Shown piece by piece: positions 1-9,107 of a stretch of DNA of 46,891 nucleotides. Source of the DNA: Deltaproteobacteria bacterium (GTDB taxonomy: Bacteria; Desulfobacterota; Desulfobacteria; Desulfobacterales; Desulfatirhabdiaceae); contig JAJYBO010000001.1 of NCBI GenBank assembly GCA_021778975.1, positions 1-46,891 on the forward strand. Reading direction: 5' to 3'. A program made the translations under genes and the position numbers. The number at the start of each line of letters is the position of its first letter. The stretch's first letter is position 1. The notes below the pieces were generated by a model. It was not told where the DNA came from. It saw only the letters and a list, made by a program, of their open reading frames with translations, and ran no database searches.

Positions 1-349
1 TCCGACCATATACAAAATACAGGTGCGAGAGTAGCAATATGAGTAAAAACGAGGGAATCAGAAAGGTTGTTGTCGCCACTGCCGCTCCGGCAAGCCCTCG
101 CAACCGAAACCCCAAATAAGCTGACAGATTGATGGTCGGCGCTCCGGGCAATATCTGCGCAAGCCCCAATCCCTGCATATATTCGTCATCCGTAAACCAT
201 GCTCGTTTCTGCGTCATCCATGTTCGGGTTTCTTCCAGCGCCGCCAGGCTGAATGACACGGATCCGATACACAGAAACGTGAGCGCGATCTGCCATAGAG
301 ATACCCCTGTGGCATCCGGCAGCGCGATAGGATGTGACGCATCGTCCAT
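1..349 (-). CDS. Chromate-ion transporter (CHR/ChrA family), N-terminal part; ORF open at left window edge
   Basis: Absent from the ORF track because it has no stop inside the window. The reverse-strand ATG at 349..347 reads without stops to position 1: MDDASHPIALPDATGVSLWQIALTFLCIGSVSFSLAALEETRTWMTQKRAWFTDDEYMQGLGLAQILPGAPTINLSAYLGFRLRGLAGAAVATTTFLIPSFLL. The hydrophobic IG..SF stretch and GLGLAQ.LPGAP....AYLGF...G..GA resemble the CHR-family signature. Confidence 0.6.
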   Translation of the reverse strand, partial: MDDASHPIALPDATGVSLWQIALTFLCIGSVSFSLAALEETRTWMTQKRAWFTDDEYMQGLGLAQILPGAPTINLSAYLGFRLRGLAGAAVATTTFLIPSFLLILLLSHLYFVYGR

Positions 350-599
350 AATATGCCCCCATTCATACAGAAAATATCGAAATAAACAGACACGATTTAA
401 ATAAATATCATGTCTATTATCATATAATCCTGAAAGACAAACACTGTCAAGCTCAAAATCATGGCTGTTTACCCGGACGCGGGGATGTGCTATGGCGGAA
501 TATTGAAGTGTTTCGCCATTGATATGGACTCATCGAACGCGTTTTTTTGAAACACTTTTTCGACATAAAAAAATTGGAGCGATTGGAGAAAGACGATAA

Positions 600-1700
600 A
601 TGCCCACAGATACAGATCGAAGGTCCATACACGCAACAGATATGACCGACATTTCCGGCAAAATCAGCAACGCCGCTGTCTCCATACCGCCTGATGCCCG
701 TTGTCTGGATACCATACAACTTACAAGACTGGAACAGTCTTTTCGGGAATGGGCCGGGGCGTCACCGCGCCGGGATGTTCAGGATTCCAGAAAACGGATA
801 CTGATGATTTTTCTTCTGATACGCTATACCGGCGCTCGACTGAACGAGGTGCTGCATCTGAATCCATTAGAAAATATGGACTTCAATAACCATATCGTGT
901 TTTTTCGAAAAATACCGTCCAGTGATGATTTGTCTGCACGGGAAGTCCGAATTCCGGAAAATATTTCATCTGAAATTAAGATAATGATGGAAAAAAATTT
1001 CACCGCCCGGAAATCTGCACTTGCCGTTGATGCCGCACACATTCGCCGTAAATTTTATGAACGATCCGCTGCCTGTGGATTTCCCAAAGAATATGGTGCG
1101 CCGGACGCTATCCGAAAATCGAGAGCCATCGAACTGATGCAGCACAACATGCCGCTGCCGCTGGTGCAGAGAATTTTGGGACATTCCACACCAAACCTGG
1201 CGGCCTCTTATGTTGAATTCTCCGAAGAAGACATGAGGCGACTGGCCATTCACTTCACCGAAAAGGAAAGTCACCGTAAAACCAGCGCCCGCAATATGTT
1301 TTTCGGAAAAATCAGGAATATTCGGCAGGGGGATATTCAATCTATTGTCGAGATTCTGACGATCGGCGAATTCATCATCACCACGGTCATCACCAATGAC
1401 AGCCGGGAGCGACTGGGATTGAAACCGGGTGTTTTGATTACCGCGGAAGTGAAGGCGCCCTGGGTCATACTGCATCGCGGAGACACTGAACCCTTATGCA
1501 CGGCTGAAAACAGACTTCGCGGCTCCGTAGAACGGATACGCAGAGGGGAAACGACAACGGAATATGTAGTGCGAATTTTTGACGGCGCATCGCTGTGTGC
1601 GGTTACGAGCCGGGATGACGATCACCGGCTCGATATCAATGAAAACGATGTGGTATGGGCGATATTCAACAGCTTTGCCATTGTGCTGCATGTAGAATGA
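600..1700 (+). CDS. Tyrosine-recombinase (phage-integrase fold) catalytic-like domain fused to two C-terminal Mop/TOBE oxyanion-binding domains
   Basis: 366-aa ORF with GGAG 12 nt upstream. The N-half has LLIRYTGARLNEV (Arg-I box) and LPLVQRILGHSTPNLAASYVEF (His-II/Tyr box), but no recognisable core-binding domain. The H-x-x-R box is altered to IRKSRA. The C-half has two ~65-aa repeats, FFGKIRNIRQGDIQSIVEI..ITTVITNDS..LGLKPGVLITAEVKAPWVIL and NRLRGSVERIRRGETTTEYVV..VWAIFNSFAIVL, with the ModE-type Mop pattern. Confidence 0.7.
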   Translation: MPTDTDRRSIHATDMTDISGKISNAAVSIPPDARCLDTIQLTRLEQSFREWAGASPRRDVQDSRKRILMIFLLIRYTGARLNEVLHLNPLENMDFNNHIVFFRKIPSSDDLSAREVRIPENISSEIKIMMEKNFTARKSALAVDAAHIRRKFYERSAACGFPKEYGAPDAIRKSRAIELMQHNMPLPLVQRILGHSTPNLAASYVEFSEEDMRRLAIHFTEKESHRKTSARNMFFGKIRNIRQGDIQSIVEILTIGEFIITTVITNDSRERLGLKPGVLITAEVKAPWVILHRGDTEPLCTAENRLRGSVERIRRGETTTEYVVRIFDGASLCAVTSRDDDHRLDINENDVVWAIFNSFAIVLHVE

Positions 1701-1746
1701 GTTCAGTTTAAGACAGATGGTTGAATTTTTGAAACATGTCAAGGTG

Positions 1747-2508
1747 TTAAAGAATCAACTTGTAAGGATCAACTATTTCTCTTAATATTTTCAAATCCTG
1801 CTCTGCAGGTGGTTCCGCCTCTTTCGCACGCGAAATATCTACCGAGAATTCCATGTTCTCCAGAATCGTTTGAGACAGAACCCCCGGATAATAATAAGCC
1901 AGATACATTTCTTTGGTATCATCGTCAAAATACATTACGCCAAGATTGGTAATTACTGCTGTTGGACCTCCTGGCATCAGCCCTGCCCGTTCTCTGGCGC
2001 CAGCCCCGTCTAAATAGCCAGGGCTGGTCAAATAATCCAGCTTTACGGGAAACTTTCTTTTTTCGTGCTGCATGAAAATGAGACATCTTGGCACAAAGGA
2101 TGCCACATCACAGGCACCGCCGCTTCCCGAAAATCGGATTTGGGGGTGCAAATACTCGCCGATACATGTGGAATTCAGATTGCCATATTTATCAACTTGA
2201 GCCGCCCCCAGAATACCGATGACATGGTCGCCGGAGATTCGGTTCTGCATGGTTGCAAAGGACTCCAGCAACCCGCTGTTTGACGCTGCTCCAAACATAA
2301 CGCGAGGATCCGCAACAGCCATGGGAATTTCTTCAAGTCTTGAATCAATAGCCCCTGTTTCAAAAAAAATAATGCTGTTTGGCGCATTAATATGTTTAGC
2401 GGCCATGGCCGCAACCATAGAAATACCAGTGCCACAAAAGACAATATCGCCATCTTGAATTTCTCTTGCCGCCATAATTGTCATCAATTCTTTTAATGTG
2501 TATTCCAT
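1747..2508 (-). CDS. Family-I CoA-transferase, subunit B (glutaconate/3-oxoacid CoA-transferase beta-like)
   Basis: Track ORF 1747..2529. I moved the start to ATG 2508 (MEYTLKEL), which has GGGAGA 5 nt upstream. Motifs: GTGISMVAAMAAKH and IIFFETGAID (catalytic Glu region). It sits 24 nt downstream of the subunit A gene. Confidence 0.75.
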   Translation of the reverse strand: MEYTLKELMTIMAAREIQDGDIVFCGTGISMVAAMAAKHINAPNSIIFFETGAIDSRLEEIPMAVADPRVMFGAASNSGLLESFATMQNRISGDHVIGILGAAQVDKYGNLNSTCIGEYLHPQIRFSGSGGACDVASFVPRCLIFMQHEKRKFPVKLDYLTSPGYLDGAGARERAGLMPGGPTAVITNLGVMYFDDDTKEMYLAYYYPGVLSQTILENMEFSVDISRAKEAEPPAEQDLKILREIVDPYKLIL

Positions 2509-2532
2509 CGTTTCTCCCCATCCGGGCAAGGG

Positions 2533-3510
2533 TTATCGTCTATCCAAACCGGTGGCATATCCGGTGCGTTTATCCGCCGCAATTCTTTCTAATTGTTCTT
2601 TCCCTACAATACTCAATAGTTCTTCATGATCTTTCACGCCATAGACAAATTTTTCCAGATATTCTTTATATAACCTGTCATCTTTGGCGAATTTACTGGC
2701 CTGACTCAGGTACTTGGGGTCGTAATCATAATAGTTACAGCATTCGTATGGATATGCACCGTACGGAACATGGACAACAGCGCTTACATGGATAAAAGGG
2801 ATTTGATTGTACTCAGGTTTTTCTCTCAGCATATTCGTATCAACTATCTCTTCGCAGGTAACGATGACATGTCGCGATGCTTTAACTTGATCAACATCCG
2901 CGAAGTTCAGTCCCTCGATTCTGCAAGTGCCATATTTATCCGCTTTCTGAACATGAATGATTGTAATATCGGGGTTTATAGCTGGAACAAGCACCACCTT
3001 CGAGGCGCCTGTCCATCCATTGAAAGGATTATCAAGGATTTCTATTTTTTTATCGGGCAATTTAGGATCGGTGGCCCTCATCTCCTCAGAAAATCCCCAT
3101 TTTTTTAAAATATCCGTCCCCAGTCCGGATCGTGTGGCAATAAAAGGGACCCCCATGGCGCCGGCATGAAAGCGAAGCGACATCTGATAATTCGAATAAT
3201 CTTCAAAAAGAATCTCTCTTTTCTGAATGGCTGATTTAAAACGAATACAGGTCGGCGCCGCCTTGCCATTTCCTCCATAGGCAATCTCGACCTTCGAAAT
3301 ACATCCGCCGCCTATAAGTTCGTCAACCCCCGTACCGTTTGAATGGGCATAACAATGAAGATTTCTCTTCCGTTGCCGCATGATTTCAAACACAGCAGCC
3401 ATGGGGTTCCGGCTGACCGTGAATCCACCAATTGATATGTGACATCCATCCGTGACGTATGTTCTGATCGCATCTTTCAACGTCATCACTTTTTCTCGAT
3501 TATTGTCCAT
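2533..3510 (-). CDS. Family-I CoA-transferase, subunit A (GctA-like)
   Basis: 325 aa. MTLKDAIRTYVTDGCHISIGGFTVSRNPMAAVFEI and YGGNGKAAP are typical of the CoA-transferase alpha subunit. It is adjacent to subunit B. Confidence 0.75.
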   Translation of the reverse strand: MDNNREKVMTLKDAIRTYVTDGCHISIGGFTVSRNPMAAVFEIMRQRKRNLHCYAHSNGTGVDELIGGGCISKVEIAYGGNGKAAPTCIRFKSAIQKREILFEDYSNYQMSLRFHAGAMGVPFIATRSGLGTDILKKWGFSEEMRATDPKLPDKKIEILDNPFNGWTGASKVVLVPAINPDITIIHVQKADKYGTCRIEGLNFADVDQVKASRHVIVTCEEIVDTNMLREKPEYNQIPFIHVSAVVHVPYGAYPYECCNYYDYDPKYLSQASKFAKDDRLYKEYLEKFVYGVKDHEELLSIVGKEQLERIAADKRTGYATGLDRR

Positions 3511-3546
3511 TTAATTAACTCCTTGTGTTCAGTCCGGTTGCCGTCG

Positions 3547-5709
3547 TCAGGTGCAATGAGAGCTAAAATCCGCAATCACCTGATGCACTTCAGAAGCATT
3601 CTCTCCATTTAGAATGCCATGACGCTCGGCATGAAATATCATACACGTTTTACGCTTTGATTTTAAAAGGTTAAAAGCCCTGCGCGTGCCTTTTTCATCT
3701 ACAACCGGATCTTCGTCGGCCTGCACCAGAAGCACTGGCGCATGGATATCCTTCAGGCGACCTTCGGTCTGTTTCATGAATTTTTCAAGTTCCTGAACCC
3801 CGGATATGGGGTTTCTCGGATAATTGATATGGGGGTTTTCAGGATGGTTTTCGACAAATTCTTTCCCGCTTTCCCCATGTTTGATGGTCTTCATCAGCCG
3901 GTTCCACATATTGACCGCGGGGGCAAGCCGGGATGTGTAATCCTGAAGTTCAAACGGTGGACATACCGCGAACACGCCGCAAAGCGATGGATGACGGATC
4001 CTGGCGGCGGCGTCCAGCGCCAAACCAGCCCCCATCGAAAACCCCCCTGCAATCACGCGCCGACATCGGCTGTGAATCAGCGCGAACCCCTCATCCACGG
4101 AGGTTGTCCAGTCTTTCCAGGTTCGGGTAGCCAGATCCTCGGCGGATGTACCGTGTCCTTTCAGTCGGGGAATGTAAATCCAGTAACCGTGTTTTGCCAG
4201 ATAGGCCGCAAGCGCTTTGAGTTCCGCCGGCGCCGCCATATAGCCGTGGAGCAGGAGAATGCCGGGTTTGCCAATACGCCCCCGGATAAAAATCGGCGCG
4301 CCGATGGACATGTCTTTCGACTCTCCGTCAATGTAAAATGTGTGATAATCCTGCTCGAAATCTGCAAGCGCTTTTTTGAGCAGGTGGTTGAAAAGCTGGC
4401 ACCGTATCCAGAATCCTGGCCGCCAGGCCAACCGGTGGATGCTGCGCTCCAACTGCGTCAGCGGTTCTACTTCGTTGGCCATGACCGCAAGAGGATTTTC
4501 GATCCGCACCCGATGAAAATCGAACGCCCCCGAAAACATGGCGGGTTGTTTGACGATATCCTCGGCGCCCTGGATGAGGACTCTTTTATCAATCGCGACC
4601 TGAATCAAATCTGAAAAACGGTGAAAGCTGTCATCCGTAATCAAATGAATCTGGTCTTCCGACAGGCTTTTGTGTGTCCAGGTTCCGGATGAGGCCAGCT
4701 TCTGAGCCGCGGTTAAAAACACACGCCGCCTCAAGTTCATGGTATTCATGCGCTTTGAAGGCGTCTGTTTGATCATGGACGCGAACAAATGATCCGAGTT
4801 GACGGTTGTCATGCTGTAAATGGCGGTCATGTACCGCTGCATGACATTCAGCGCCTTCTGGTGCAGCACCCGTTTGGAGGCGATGGGATCATCGAAATCG
4901 AAAGTATGCGCACCCGATATGTCCCTGGTGATTGCAGCGTCCGCCAGGTAGTCCTTGACAGCGATGGCTTTGCCGAAACGCACGTCAATATCCACCCCCG
5001 AAAGCAGCATGGTGCCTTCGGTCATGATTTCTTCCATCATCCGGTCCGGGATGTCTTCCACAACACGTTCCGCCAGATAACTCAGCGCATTTTCTCTGGC
5101 CCGGATGGGGTAATAGGTGATGTTGACAGGAACAATATACGTAGCGGCGTTTTTCAGCGGCGTCATATCTTCGATTTTAAACAGGGACATCAATCGCGAG
5201 GCTTCATCCGGCAGTGTTTCGGACAGGGATATCAGACGCTGCCGGTAGAATTCTGTCCGGAGGGCGAGCGTGGCGGCGCCGGTGTGCGGCGGGTGCTTGC
5301 CGCCCGCGTAAGACAGCATGAAACGGCCTTTTTCGATGAGCTTTTTGTTTTTGACCATCAATCCTTCCGGATAGATGATCCAGGAGGCATCACCGGTCAG
5401 AAGACTTCGGACGATCAGTTGATCTCTGTCCGGACTTCGGGTGGAGACCACGCCGACAGCATTCAGAAAGTTGCCCATCGCGCCTTTGAACAGACTGGCG
5501 TCCCCCAGGGACCAGACCGGTTTCTTGCCCGTCAGGTAGAAGGTGTGATACGGAAGAAACAGGGTTTCCATTCGGGTGAAATGATTGATGACAAATATCA
5601 ATGCCCCCTGGGGAATGTTGGCTTCATCATGCAGATGGATTTTGGCTTTTGAAAACAGGGAAAGCGTTTTGATGGCCAGCCCTGTGGTGCGATATGCAAA
5701 ACGGTTCAT
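3547..5709 (-). CDS. Fusion protein: N-terminal PlsC-type acyltransferase domain + C-terminal alpha/beta-hydrolase (lysophospholipase/esterase-like)
   Basis: Track ORF 3547..5796. The start was moved to ATG 5709 (MNRFAYR) so it does not overlap the upstream gene. The N-terminus has VINHFTRMETLF (H-x4-D/E variant) and IIYPEGLMVK (the FPEG acyltransferase motif). The C-terminus has LLLHGYMAAPAEL..HGYWIYIPRLKGHG, a GFSMGAG nucleophile elbow and a late HGI. Confidence 0.6.
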   Translation of the reverse strand: MNRFAYRTTGLAIKTLSLFSKAKIHLHDEANIPQGALIFVINHFTRMETLFLPYHTFYLTGKKPVWSLGDASLFKGAMGNFLNAVGVVSTRSPDRDQLIVRSLLTGDASWIIYPEGLMVKNKKLIEKGRFMLSYAGGKHPPHTGAATLALRTEFYRQRLISLSETLPDEASRLMSLFKIEDMTPLKNAATYIVPVNITYYPIRARENALSYLAERVVEDIPDRMMEEIMTEGTMLLSGVDIDVRFGKAIAVKDYLADAAITRDISGAHTFDFDDPIASKRVLHQKALNVMQRYMTAIYSMTTVNSDHLFASMIKQTPSKRMNTMNLRRRVFLTAAQKLASSGTWTHKSLSEDQIHLITDDSFHRFSDLIQVAIDKRVLIQGAEDIVKQPAMFSGAFDFHRVRIENPLAVMANEVEPLTQLERSIHRLAWRPGFWIRCQLFNHLLKKALADFEQDYHTFYIDGESKDMSIGAPIFIRGRIGKPGILLLHGYMAAPAELKALAAYLAKHGYWIYIPRLKGHGTSAEDLATRTWKDWTTSVDEGFALIHSRCRRVIAGGFSMGAGLALDAAARIRHPSLCGVFAVCPPFELQDYTSRLAPAVNMWNRLMKTIKHGESGKEFVENHPENPHINYPRNPISGVQELEKFMKQTEGRLKDIHAPVLLVQADEDPVVDEKGTRRAFNLLKSKRKTCMIFHAERHGILNGENASEVHQVIADFSSHCT

Positions 5710-5734
5710 GAACGGCGACCCTTGATGGTTGAAG

Positions 5735-6505
5735 CTATATTGACAGACATCGCCCCAGGACCTCCACACATACAGCATCCCATTTGACACCGGCATGACG
5801 TTGTAATATTTCCAGCGCTGTCTGATGCGTCATGGCCTTCTGGTAGGGGCGTTCCGTGGTCATGGCGTCAAAAGAATCGGCCACGGCGATGATTTTAGCG
5901 CCCATGGGGATGTCGGCGTCTTTCAACCGGCGAGGATATCCTTTGCCGTCGGGGCGTTCATGATGAGATCGGACATATTCCAGTGCTGGCCCCAGAAACT
6001 CCAGATCCTTCAATATTTCTGCTCCTGTCAGCGGATGCTTGACGATCTGATTCACGATCTCCGGCGGATTTTTGGCTTCATGCGGCATGAACAACCGATC
6101 CGGAAATCCAATCTTTCCGATATCGTGCAACAGACCGCCCAGACGGATGAACGCGATATCATTCTCCTCAAGCCCCATTTGCCGGGCGATTTTTTCGGAC
6201 AGCTCAGCGACCCGTTCCGTGTGCCCCTGGGTGTAGGCATCTCTGGCGGCCAGAGCGTTGGCCATAGTGGATACGGTGTTGATCGTGCTGACGCGAATTT
6301 TTTCGTTCAGCGCTTTCAGCTCTGAAATGAGCATTTCCAGATGATACTCTCTGGCCTCTACTTTGACCATCATCAGTCCGACGGCTTCTGCTATGGTCCG
6401 GACCGGTTCAGGGGTATCCGGACCTGTCATGGACATGATATCGTTAGAGTATTTTCCGACGGCCACTTCCTGGATGACTTCCAAGAGCTTTTCCAGTTCT
6501 GTCAT
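5735..6505 (-). CDS. HD-GYP domain protein (putative cyclic-di-GMP phosphodiesterase), no receiver domain
   Basis: 256 aa. Motifs: HTERVAEL, GGLLHDIGKIG, and HHERPDGKGYP (the HD-GYP signature). The ~80-aa N-terminal segment is helical or coiled. Confidence 0.8.
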   Translation of the reverse strand: MTELEKLLEVIQEVAVGKYSNDIMSMTGPDTPEPVRTIAEAVGLMMVKVEAREYHLEMLISELKALNEKIRVSTINTVSTMANALAARDAYTQGHTERVAELSEKIARQMGLEENDIAFIRLGGLLHDIGKIGFPDRLFMPHEAKNPPEIVNQIVKHPLTGAEILKDLEFLGPALEYVRSHHERPDGKGYPRRLKDADIPMGAKIIAVADSFDAMTTERPYQKAMTHQTALEILQRHAGVKWDAVCVEVLGRCLSI

Positions 6506-6632
6506 AATGCTTCTTCCTGTGAATGTCTATGGATTTTGGATAGCGATTCTGCAAAAATAGATGGTCGTATTTAACTTCAAATTTGACGCTATGGACATCG
6601 AATTTATATCTGGTTTTCACGGGTTGTGCATA

Positions 6633-7328
6633 TCATTTTTTGACGTTATGCAAACTGTCCATCAGCAATTTGATGCGCCCTCCCCAAAACTTGAACGCTT
6701 CATCGGCCGCGCCCCATTTGCTGAATCGGTCGGTAAATCCAGCACTTCTTTCGTCCTGGGCCACAGCGATCACCTCGCCGGTCATGGAGTCTATCACCAT
6801 GATTTCGGCGCTGACCGCCCCCGACCCTGTCCACGCGCCTGATGCGCCCTTTTTGATAATGCTCATTCCCAGACCAACGGGCACAACGGAGCTGACGGCG
6901 CTCAACACCGGCTTACTCGGCTTCAGATCGGTGATGGCGAAACGAATCCGAATCACGTCTGTTCCCGGGCTGGAGACAATTGGATACGAACCTTTGAGCG
7001 CATTGACGACTTGAAGATTGCATTCGTCCGCTATTGTCTTCAATTCATTCGGATCTATGCCTTTATAATCCGAATCGTTGGCGAAGAAGAAAACCACGCT
7101 GTCGAGCATTACCCTGTCGTATTTGGCAAAGTCCACGCCTGGCCTCAGCCATCGCATTTTGGCGCCATCCTTTGGACCCGGCGTCATGTACTGGTAATAG
7201 CCATTGAGAAAGCCATCGTTTCTTCGTTCAGACACCGTGGTTGCAGGCATGCAAGACGTGGCGACAACCACAACAACCAGCGCCATGCAAACCTTCAAGA
7301 ACGTTTTTCCTGCTCTTTCCATAATCAT
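6633..7328 (-). CDS. Putative exported lipoprotein (function unknown)
   Basis: Track ORF 6633..7376; the likely start is MIMERAGKTFLKVCMALVVVVVATSC. It has a hydrophobic signal peptide ending in a lipobox-like ATSC. I recognised no catalytic motifs. Confidence 0.45.
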   Translation of the reverse strand: MIMERAGKTFLKVCMALVVVVVATSCMPATTVSERRNDGFLNGYYQYMTPGPKDGAKMRWLRPGVDFAKYDRVMLDSVVFFFANDSDYKGIDPNELKTIADECNLQVVNALKGSYPIVSSPGTDVIRIRFAITDLKPSKPVLSAVSSVVPVGLGMSIIKKGASGAWTGSGAVSAEIMVIDSMTGEVIAVAQDERSAGFTDRFSKWGAADEAFKFWGGRIKLLMDSLHNVKK

Positions 7329-7447
7329 TTTCCTTTCTCGCTGCAAGATAATGGTTAAAAAAGCTCCTACGGGCATCTCATGCGCCTATTCTTCTATGAC
7401 GCTGTGATTTTTTTGGATGCTATTCAATGAGGTTATAAAAGTCAACA

Positions 7448-7601
7448 TTGACGGCTTCGTAAAAAGTCCGGATGCTGCGCCAACGCTGCATCCTTCGTCG
7501 TTGCGACGTACCATAACTACGCCTCACGCCTCAAAATATGCGCGGCTTGCCTGCAAACATCCTACGAATCCGTTTGAAATTTGACTTTTTATGAGAGTGT
7601 C
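7448..7601 (+). repeat. Intergenic structured repeat (MITE/REP-like), copy 1, full length
   Basis: ttgacggcttcgtaaaaagtccggatgctgcg...ggcgtaccataa(c/g)tacgcc...gactttttaYgagagtgtc. The terminal inverted repeat is TCGTAAAAAGTC / GACTTTTTACGA. This copy is near-identical to the other copies listed below. Confidence 0.9.
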
Positions 7602-7663
7602 CACATTTCTGAACAACGCACTTCATCACACCTGCCATTCGACCAATTATCACTATCTTGCAA

Positions 7664-7679
7664 AATAGTCTTGACTATT
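7664..7679. promoter_or_regulatory. 16-bp palindrome AATAGTC-TT-GACTATT overlapping a possible -35 (TTGACT) upstream of the ATPase gene
   Basis: Read directly. Perfect 7-bp arms lie 27 nt upstream of ATG 7706. TTGACT-17 nt-TTAAAA is a weak sigma70-like arrangement. Confidence 0.3.
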
Positions 7680-7705
7680 CCGCAACACAATGATTAAAAG
7701 TCGCC

Positions 7706-8833
7706 ATGAAGCGATATCTTTATGATCCGATCAGGAGCGATCTGACTAAAAAAATGGTTATTCTGACCGGTCCCCGGCAGATTGGTAAAACATTTCTGGC
7801 GAAACAGTTGATTTCGGAATTCCAGACACCGCAATATCTCAACTACGACGCCATTTATGATCGCCGTATTGTTCACACCCAGTCCTGGCCACTGAACACG
7901 GATTTTCTCGTATTCGATGAAATTCACAAGATGAAGGGCTGGAAGTCTTCCCTGAAGGGCGTCTTTGACACTCGCCCGAACAATCAGGCGCTTCTGGTTA
8001 CCGGAAGCGCGCGGCTGGAAACATTCCGTCAGTCCGGAGAATCACTGGCCGGCCGTTATTACCACTATCGTTTTTATCCGTTGTCGGTCTGCGAATTGAA
8101 AGGCCGGATGCCTCCTTTTGATGCCCTGAACCTTCTGAACCGGCTTGGTGGTTTTCCGGAACCGTTTCTCTCAGGATCGGAATCAGAAGCCGCCCGCTGG
8201 CGCAATCAGTATTATACGGATCTGGTCAGGGAAGACATTCTTGAATTCAGCCGTATTCAGGAAATCCGTTCCATCAAACTCCTTCTGGAATTACTTCGGG
8301 ACCGTGTGGGGTCTCCGCTGTCCTTCACATCGCTGGCCGTAGATCTTCAGATTTCACCGAACACTGTCCGTAATTATCTCGAAATTCTGCAAAGCCTGTA
8401 TATCATTTTCCTGATCCGGCCTTTTCATCGAAACATCTCTCGATCACTGCTGAAGGCGCCCAAAGTCTATTTTTATGACACCGGCCTTGTCCGGGGAGAT
8501 GACGGCATATGTCTCGAAAACACCTGCGCCATAAGTCTGCTCAAACATATCGGCTATTTGCAAGATACAAAAGGAACGAATACAGCGTTGCACTATCTTC
8601 GCACCAAAGAGGGTAAAGAGGTGGATTTCGCCATTTGCGAAGACGACAGAATCATCCGCATGATCGAGGTAAAATACGCCGATAATTCAGTTTCCCGCAA
8701 TCTGCAACACTTTTTGAATAAACAGCCTGATATTGAAGCGATTCAGCTTGTTCATCAACTTCGTCATGAGCAAGCCTTCCAAAATATATCCGTATGCTCG
8801 GCAAGCCGATGGCTTTCCGAGTTATCGGCGTGA
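7706..8833 (+). CDS. AAA-family ATPase with C-terminal DUF4143-like region (AAA_14/DUF4143 type)
   Basis: 375 aa. Walker A is LTGPRQIGKTFL and Walker B-like is FLVFDEIHK. The LVTGSARL..GRYY motif and the C-terminal region resemble the widespread ATP-binding protein family containing DUF4143. Confidence 0.75.
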   Translation: MKRYLYDPIRSDLTKKMVILTGPRQIGKTFLAKQLISEFQTPQYLNYDAIYDRRIVHTQSWPLNTDFLVFDEIHKMKGWKSSLKGVFDTRPNNQALLVTGSARLETFRQSGESLAGRYYHYRFYPLSVCELKGRMPPFDALNLLNRLGGFPEPFLSGSESEAARWRNQYYTDLVREDILEFSRIQEIRSIKLLLELLRDRVGSPLSFTSLAVDLQISPNTVRNYLEILQSLYIIFLIRPFHRNISRSLLKAPKVYFYDTGLVRGDDGICLENTCAISLLKHIGYLQDTKGTNTALHYLRTKEGKEVDFAICEDDRIIRMIEVKYADNSVSRNLQHFLNKQPDIEAIQLVHQLRHEQAFQNISVCSASRWLSELSA

Positions 8834-8839
8834 TCAACG

Positions 8840-8992
8840 ATGACGATTTCGTAAAATGTCCGCATACTGCGTTGCGCTGCACCCTTCGTCATTGCGGCGT
8901 ACCATAACTACGCCTCACGCCTCATGATTTGCGCGCCTTGCCTGTAAACATTTTACGAAGTCGTCCAAAAATTGACTTTTTACGAGAGTGTC
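8840..8992 (+). repeat. Intergenic structured repeat, copy 2, full length
   Basis: atgacgatttcgtaaaatgtccgcatactgcgttgcgctgc...ttttacgaagtcgtccaaaaattgactttttacgagagtgtc. Same orientation as copy 1. It starts 7 nt after the ATPase stop codon. Confidence 0.9.
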
Positions 8993-9067
8993 AACTATCT
9001 ACAGTACCGAAACATCTATTTCCAAGACGCTCCGCTATTTTTGATTGACAATCGCGATATAAAATGT

Positions 9068-9081
9068 TTGTATGCAAGCTA
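9068..9081. promoter_or_regulatory. 14-mer TTGTATGCAAGCTA upstream of marR-family gene (possible operator half or inverted-repeat arm)
   Basis: The exact reverse complement, TAGCTTGCATACAA, occurs at 9556..9569, just downstream of the same gene. Confidence 0.4.
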
Positions 9082-9107
9082 ATTATACGGACAGGTGAAC
9101 AATCGAA

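Noticed and set aside
129-404. 91-aa plus-strand ORF at the left edge.
   Set aside because: The opposite strand encodes a convincing ChrA-family N-terminus that is open at the window edge. The plus-strand product has no motif and an odd composition.
600-1700. Integrase-like gene as a marker of a prophage or genomic island.
   Set aside because: No tRNA, att-like direct repeats, excisionase or phage/conjugation genes are nearby. The domain lacks a core-binding region and is fused to ligand-binding domains, and the flanks are ordinary metabolic genes.
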